The position numbers and the translations under genes were made by a program. Below, piece by piece: positions 58,924 to 64,000 of a stretch of DNA of 64,000 nt. The notes under the pieces were generated by a model. The model did not search any database. It was not told the DNA's origin and saw nothing but the letters and a program-made list of their open reading frames with translations. The first letter of the stretch is position 1; each line of letters begins with the position of its first letter. The DNA comes from a bacterium (GTDB lineage: Bacteria > JAHJDO01), in the NCBI GenBank assembly GCA_043824255.1, contig JBDRTG010000047.1, positions 99,528-163,527 of the forward strand, given 5' to 3'.

Positions 58924-60212
58924 TATACGTCATTTATAACACTCTTTTGTATTCTATGTCTATCATTGCATCGCCCTATTTTTTATGCAAACTTGTTTTT
59001 ACTGAAAAGCATAGAATGGGCTTATCACAGCGATTCGGTAAATTGCCTCAGTCGTTGATAGATATAGCTCAATCTGGCAAATCAGTCTGGATACATGCTG
59101 TTTCTGTGGGAGAAGTAGCAGCTGCAATGCCATTCATTGATGAGTTCAAGAAAACATTTCCTGATTATAGAATTTTTCTTTCAACAGTTACTGCTACAGG
59201 CAATCAGTTTGCAAAGAAAATAAAAAATATTGATGGATTATTCTTCTTTCCATTTGACTATTCGTTCGCAGTTAAAAAAGCCATAAAACATATAAGCCCA
59301 AATATATTTATAACATTTGAGACAGAAATATGGCCAAATTTTCTCAAGTATGCCCAAGACATGAAAATCCCATGTATCCTTGTAAATGGTCGTATATCTC
59401 CAGACTCTTTCAAGCGTTATAAAAAAGCGAAATTTTTCTTTAAACACATCCTTAAGAATTTCTCAGCATTTTGCATGCAAACAGAACAAGATAAAACAAG
59501 AATCTTGGAACTAGGCGCAGAAAAAAGAAAAGTCAGGATAACTGGAAATACAAAGTTTGACGCACTTGTTAGCAAAGAAGAAAATACAAAAATAAAAAAT
59601 AAATTTACAAAAATCTTTGATATTAAAGAAAATGATAAGGTTATTATTGCAGGCAGTACACACCGAGGAGAAGAAGAAAAAGTCTTAGACGCATTTGAAT
59701 ATATTTGCCAAAAAGTCAGCAATGTTCTTCTGATACTTGCTCCAAGACATCCTGAACGCTTTCGGGAAATAACAAAATTGTTGAAAGATAGAAATATAGA
59801 TTACATTCTGAGATCAACGTTAGATAAGACTGAGAGAAAGGAGCAGCAGGTCATAATCCTTGATACGATTGGAGAATTATCGAAACTATATACTATAGCT
59901 GATGTTGTATTTATTGGAGGAAGTTTGGTGCCTACAGGAGGACATAATGTCATTGAACCAGCAAGCCTGGGCAAACCAGTCGTTTTTGGCCCATATATGT
60001 ATAACTTTACTGAGAGTGCAAATCTGCTTCTTGAGTGCAAGGGAGCTATTCAGATATCTGATGAGGCTGGACTTGCAGCTTGTTTATTGAAGCTGATCTT
60101 AAATCCTGAATATGCAGAACAAATTGGTGGGATTGCAAAGGAAACTGTACAACAAAACAAAGGTGCAAGTAAAAGAAATCTTGAAATTATATCGGGATTT
60201 TTGAATTATTAG
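58920..60212 (+). CDS. waaA: 3-deoxy-D-manno-octulosonic acid (Kdo) transferase
   Basis: WIHAVSVGE...FLSTVTATG is the KdtA N-terminal signature. It is 430 aa. Confidence 0.85.
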   Translation: MIYVIYNTLLYSMSIIASPYFLCKLVFTEKHRMGLSQRFGKLPQSLIDIAQSGKSVWIHAVSVGEVAAAMPFIDEFKKTFPDYRIFLSTVTATGNQFAKKIKNIDGLFFFPFDYSFAVKKAIKHISPNIFITFETEIWPNFLKYAQDMKIPCILVNGRISPDSFKRYKKAKFFFKHILKNFSAFCMQTEQDKTRILELGAEKRKVRITGNTKFDALVSKEENTKIKNKFTKIFDIKENDKVIIAGSTHRGEEEKVLDAFEYICQKVSNVLLILAPRHPERFREITKLLKDRNIDYILRSTLDKTERKEQQVIILDTIGELSKLYTIADVVFIGGSLVPTGGHNVIEPASLGKPVVFGPYMYNFTESANLLLECKGAIQISDEAGLAACLLKLILNPEYAEQIGGIAKETVQQNKGASKRNLEIISGFLNY

Positions 60213-60230
60213 ATATGGAGAGAGTATAAA

Positions 60231-61097
60231 TTGCCTATGAAAGAAGCTCTATATTACAAAAAGCTCAACAATGATTCTGTGCAATGTTTGCTCTGCCCAA
60301 AGCTATGTAAGATTAAGGAGGGTAAAAGCGGGTTCTGTGGCGCAAGGGAAAATATAGGGAATAAGCTGTTCTCAAACATATATTCCCGCGTCAGTTCCCA
60401 GGGAATGGATCCTATAGAGAAAAAGCCGTTGTATCACTTTTACCCCGGAAGTTTAATCCTCTCGTTAGGAACTATTGGCTGCAATTTTGCTTGCCCTTTT
60501 TGTCAAAATTGGCAGATCTCTCAAGAGCATAATGTTCCTACTCAGCACATGTCGCCATCTGAAGCTGTAGAAAAGGCTTTGGAGAGAAGCTCCATTGGCA
60601 TTGCATACACATACTCTGAACCAATGATATGGTATGAATATGTAATGGATACAGCTAAGCTTGCTAAAGAAAAAGGCTTGAAGAACGTGCTTGTAACAAA
60701 CGGCTATATTAATGAAAATCCACTCAAAGAATTACTACCATTTATAGATGCCATGAATATTGATTTAAAAGCTTTTGACGAAAAATTCTATAAAGAAATC
60801 TGCAAAGGAGACCTTGAAACTGTATTGAAAACAATAAAAATATCCAGCACAAGCTGCCATATAGAGATAACGAATCTTATTATCCCAGGATTTAATGACA
60901 CAACCAGGCACTTTGAAAATCTCGTCGACTGGATGGTGGAAAACATAGGAGTAGATATACCTCTGCATTTTTCGAGATATTTCCCACATTATAAGATGGA
61001 AACTAGTTCTATTACTCCGATTGAAACTCTGGAGCAGGCGTGTGAAATTGCAAAGAGAAAGTTAAGGTATGTATATTTGGGGAATATAATGATATAA
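60231..61097 (+). CDS. AmmeMemoRadiSam-system-type radical SAM enzyme (AmrS-like, PFL-activase family)
   Basis: The N-terminus has CLLCPKLCKIKEGKSGFCGAR. CNFACPFCQNW is the radical SAM motif. Confidence 0.65.
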   Translation: MPMKEALYYKKLNNDSVQCLLCPKLCKIKEGKSGFCGARENIGNKLFSNIYSRVSSQGMDPIEKKPLYHFYPGSLILSLGTIGCNFACPFCQNWQISQEHNVPTQHMSPSEAVEKALERSSIGIAYTYSEPMIWYEYVMDTAKLAKEKGLKNVLVTNGYINENPLKELLPFIDAMNIDLKAFDEKFYKEICKGDLETVLKTIKISSTSCHIEITNLIIPGFNDTTRHFENLVDWMVENIGVDIPLHFSRYFPHYKMETSSITPIETLEQACEIAKRKLRYVYLGNIMI

Positions 61098-61123
61098 TAA
61101 ATGAAATTTCGGAGGGCTATATA

Positions 61124-61390
61124 ATGGCATTATTAAAAGGCAGAATAGGTTTCTTTCTAGCGCTAATAGTGATAGGCGGGCTTGTGGGCAGTATAATAGG
61201 AGAAATCTTTGGGCTTCTTCTTCCTACTGGTGTAATTCATAATATTTTTGTAAAAGGGCTAAATATGCAACTCGGTCCAGCAACATTGAATCTAGTAGTT
61301 TTTAGCATAACATTAGGATTTGGCTTAAAACTTAACCTCTGTGGATTACTCGGCATTACACTTGCTCTATTAATATATAAAAAAGCATAA
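61124..61390 (+). CDS. Small hydrophobic membrane protein of unknown function
   Basis: It is 88 aa with 2-3 predicted TM helices. Confidence 0.4.
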   Translation: MALLKGRIGFFLALIVIGGLVGSIIGEIFGLLLPTGVIHNIFVKGLNMQLGPATLNLVVFSITLGFGLKLNLCGLLGITLALLIYKKA

Positions 61391-61393
61391 CAA

Positions 61394-63145
61394 TCAGCCT
61401 GTTACTTCCAGGAATCCTCTAAGCTTTCTACTCCTAATTGGATGACATAGCTTTTTTAAAGCTTTTGCTTCTATTTGGCGGATCCTCTCTCTTGTTACAT
61501 GGAATACATTGCCTACTTCTTCCAAGGTATGAGGATACCCATTATTAAGACCAAACCTGAGTCTTAATATCTTTGCCTCCCTCTCAGTAAGGGTCACTAG
61601 AACCTCTTCTAACTGTTCCTTTAACATTACAGATGAAGTAGCATCTGATGGAGAAACAATACTCTTATCCTCTATAAAATCTCCGAAATGAGTATCTCCC
61701 TCATCTCCGACTGGTGCTTCAAGAGATATCGGATGTTGTGCTATCTTAACTATTCCGCGAACTTTATCTATAGGTAGCTTCATTCTTTCTGCAAGTTGCT
61801 CCGGGCTGGGCTCTTCTCCAAACTCCTGTATCAGTTCACGTGATGTTCTTGCAAACTTATTAATCGTTTCTATCATGTGCACAGGAATGCGAATTGTTCT
61901 AGCCTGATCAGCTATTGCTCTTGTTATTGCCTGGCGAATCCACCATGTTGCATAAGTAGAAAACTTATAACCTCGCTTATGCTCGAATTTATCTATAGCT
62001 TTCATTAGACCTATGTTGCCTTCTTGAATCAGATCCAAAAAAGGTAAGCCTCTATTAACATACTTTTTAGCAATACTTACAACAAGACGTAGGTTCGCCT
62101 CTGCCATTTCCTTCTTTACTGCAGAAATTCTTACTTTCTCATGCTCTATTTCCTTTACTAATTCAGACAGCTGGTCAAAGGATAGTGCAGCTTCTGCTTC
62201 TAAATATCTTATTCTTCTCCGACTTTTGCTTATGTTATGGTTAGCTTCTAAAATCTCCATAACTGTATGACCTGTTTGCTCAATTACATTCTTGGGAAGT
62301 ATCTTCTTGTTTGTTATTTCTCTTGATATAACAGATATCTGTTTTTTACCCATTCCCACTTTATTTACAATCTCGTTAATTCTTGCTTTTATCTCATTCA
62401 TTTCTTTGAGAGAACATTTTATCTTATTAGCAGCTTCTAATATATCTGTCTGAGACAATTTAAGCTTACTTCCGATTTTTATAATCCTGTTTTTTTCAGA
62501 ATTTATTTCTTCTGTTATTTTTAACTCCTGTTCTTTTGAGAGTCCAGGTTTTTTTAGTTTCTTCTTTAAATCATGAATTTTTATGTCAGCGTCGCTTATA
62601 CTATCTAATAAAGCAGGCATGCTTTTTAATAGATCTTTGCTTTGAATGCCTATTTCATCATCAAGAATATCCTCAATTTCTGTTTCAGTCTCTTTTAACT
62701 TTTTAAGATACCTATCAACTATGATCTTTATTTGTTTAGGTGCAAACCCACAGGTAAATACTAATCTTCTTAATTTTCTCTCTGCCTTTTCAATCTTCTT
62801 CGCCAGTTTTGATTCCTGCTCTCTGGTAAGTAAATCAATCTGTCCCATCTGATGCAGATATGTGCGCACAGGATCACTAACTTTTGACTTTGTAGCAACG
62901 TCCAGTGTTTCTTCAACTTCTTTTTCTTTTGAAACAGCTGTAATCTTAGTCTCAGGAGCAGATAAAATCTCGATATCCATGTCTCCTAACATCATAAGAA
63001 TATCATCAATCTGCTCTGATGAGACAACATCAACGGGAAGCATCTCATTTATCTCTTCATAGGTCAAGTGTCCCTTTTTCTTTCCTAATTCTATTAATTT
63101 TTTTGTGCCCTTAGGACATCTTTTTCTCTTATTCATACTCACCAT
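61394..63145 (-). CDS. rpoD: RNA polymerase primary sigma factor
   Basis: Region 2.4 is [18 protein letters not shown]. Region 4.2 is [28 protein letters not shown]. It is 583 aa. Confidence 0.95.
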   Translation of the reverse strand: MVSMNKRKRCPKGTKKLIELGKKKGHLTYEEINEMLPVDVVSSEQIDDILMMLGDMDIEILSAPETKITAVSKEKEVEETLDVATKSKVSDPVRTYLHQMGQIDLLTREQESKLAKKIEKAERKLRRLVFTCGFAPKQIKIIVDRYLKKLKETETEIEDILDDEIGIQSKDLLKSMPALLDSISDADIKIHDLKKKLKKPGLSKEQELKITEEINSEKNRIIKIGSKLKLSQTDILEAANKIKCSLKEMNEIKARINEIVNKVGMGKKQISVISREITNKKILPKNVIEQTGHTVMEILEANHNISKSRRRIRYLEAEAALSFDQLSELVKEIEHEKVRISAVKKEMAEANLRLVVSIAKKYVNRGLPFLDLIQEGNIGLMKAIDKFEHKRGYKFSTYATWWIRQAITRAIADQARTIRIPVHMIETINKFARTSRELIQEFGEEPSPEQLAERMKLPIDKVRGIVKIAQHPISLEAPVGDEGDTHFGDFIEDKSIVSPSDATSSVMLKEQLEEVLVTLTEREAKILRLRFGLNNGYPHTLEEVGNVFHVTRERIRQIEAKALKKLCHPIRSRKLRGFLEVTG

Positions 63146-63179
63146 TCACCTTTCTGTAGGGGTCGGATAAATCCGACCC

Positions 63180-64000
63180 TTAATGTTGAAATCGCTGTCT
63201 GCACTGTATTATCAATCCTTTCTGTTCCATTATCTGCTTTAGAAGACTCCTCACTTCACCTGTTTCTTTCGTTTTTTCTAAACTTGCATTGAGCTCAGCT
63301 ATCCTTTTATTTATTTTTTTCTCTTTCAACTTTGCTATTGTCTGATTAACCTCTTTTTCTTTTTCAGAATGAGGAATAGTTTCCATAATGAGACCCGTAA
63401 CTACGTCCTTAAGCATATCACTTTCTAACTGATTTAAAACATTCTTGCAAGAGAACATTTTACCAGCTATGTCTAGTTTAAATAACAAGCCTGCAATTTG
63501 CCGATAGTCATTATTCAAGAAATCCTCTACAACTAAAGACCGACGCACTTTTTTAACAATATCTGTATCTTCCAGCATCAATTGCAGCAAGTGTTTCTCA
63601 ACCCTTTCTGTTGGTAAGAGAGTAGCACTTGGATGATAGAATATTCGCTCAGATGTTTGATCCTCTATTTTACCCAGCTCATCTAATACAGACGCTTCAT
63701 CCAACGATAGCCTTGCTGCTAAATACCTGATATATTCGGATTTCCTAATGGAATCTGTTATCTTGCTGATTGTAGGCAGTATATTTTTTGCGATTTCTGC
63801 CTTGCCATCTATAGATGCTGAATCTAACTGATTTTCTAAAATACCAATCCTATAAGTAATAATATCAACTGCTTCTTCTAGCATATTGGAAAACTTGTTC
63901 TTCCCATATCTATTAAGAAAGCTATCAGGATCTTCACCTACAGGTAGTCTAACAATTTTTACCATTAACCCTTGTTCAACTAGGATGTCTAATCCGCGTA
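63180..64000 (-). CDS. dnaG: DNA primase C-terminal part. The gene continues past the window end.
   Basis: The open frame has no stop through position 64000 on the minus strand. It is immediately upstream of rpoD, the canonical dnaG-rpoD order. The translation has a DnaB-binding-like helical C-terminus. Confidence 0.7.
   Translation of the reverse strand, partial: RGLDILVEQGLMVKIVRLPVGEDPDSFLNRYGKNKFSNMLEEAVDIITYRIGILENQLDSASIDGKAEIAKNILPTISKITDSIRKSEYIRYLAARLSLDEASVLDELGKIEDQTSERIFYHPSATLLPTERVEKHLLQLMLEDTDIVKKVRRSLVVEDFLNNDYRQIAGLLFKLDIAGKMFSCKNVLNQLESDMLKDVVTGLIMETIPHSEKEKEVNQTIAKLKEKKINKRIAELNASLEKTKETGEVRSLLKQIMEQKGLIIQCRQRFQH

Noticed and set aside
1-64000. A scan for CRISPR arrays, insertion sequences, transposases or integrases
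   Set aside because: No short direct-repeat/spacer arrays, terminal inverted repeats flanking transposase-like ORFs, or integrase or transposase motifs were seen anywhere in the window.

Overview
The window is a 64-kb chromosomal segment from a low-GC (roughly 35-40%) Gram-negative-type bacterium. The Gram-negative inference rests on a secretin, the Kdo transferase WaaA and SecA. Coding density is about 90% and nearly every adjacent gene pair overlaps or is separated by under 20 bp.

Layout, start to end:
- 1-12.8 kb: a complete minus-strand type IV pilus operon. A sigma54-type promoter drives two tandem pilins, then PilV- and PilW-like minor pilins, two large PilX_N-like proteins, PilM, PilN, PilO, PilP, secretin PilQ, a degenerate GGDEF membrane protein, a stand-alone MshEN-type domain protein, the PilB/GspE ATPase and PilC.
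- 13-17.3 kb: a signalling cluster. It holds a cytoplasmic FHA-GAF-histidine kinase, a lone receiver domain, and a Hanks-type Ser/Thr kinase whose extracytoplasmic tail carries three 270-bp tandem repeats.
- 17.4-29.6 kb: housekeeping and envelope-sugar genes. These are tRNA-Ser, ywlE-rpiB-glyA, a polytopic membrane protein, an AraC regulator, an amidohydrolase, two DegT aminotransferases, rpmA and dxr-rseP-ispG.
- 29.7-31.3 kb: a low-GC orphan gene for a 521-aa protein with a C-terminal PD-(D/E)xK-like motif.
- 31.3-46.9 kb: an lplT/aas-like pair, proS, a PilZ protein, a family-4 UDG, secA, tRNA-Pro, a MerR-like gene, gpsA-plsY-der-pgsA, a CsgG-like/zinc-ribbon fusion, tRNA-Leu and queE-queC-queF.
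- 47.0-49.1 kb: a low-GC methyltransferase plus small PD-(D/E)xK protein pair, a candidate restriction-modification system, followed by a secreted EEP-family nuclease.
- 50.8-64 kb: an acetoin/2-oxo-acid dehydrogenase E1a-E1b-E2 cluster with a zinc alcohol dehydrogenase, mtlD and a DeoR regulator, then an anSME radical-SAM enzyme, TauE, waaA, an AmmeMemoRadiSam-type radical SAM enzyme, rpoD and partial dnaG.

The signals most worth follow-up:
- The c-di-GMP receptor architecture built into the pilus operon.
- The two low-GC PD-(D/E)xK-containing islets at 29.7 kb and 47 kb.
- The Ser/Thr-kinase/FHA-histidine-kinase module divergent from the pilin promoter.
- The CsgG-like/zinc-ribbon fusion.

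All calls come from reading the translated ORFs and the DNA by eye. No database search was possible.
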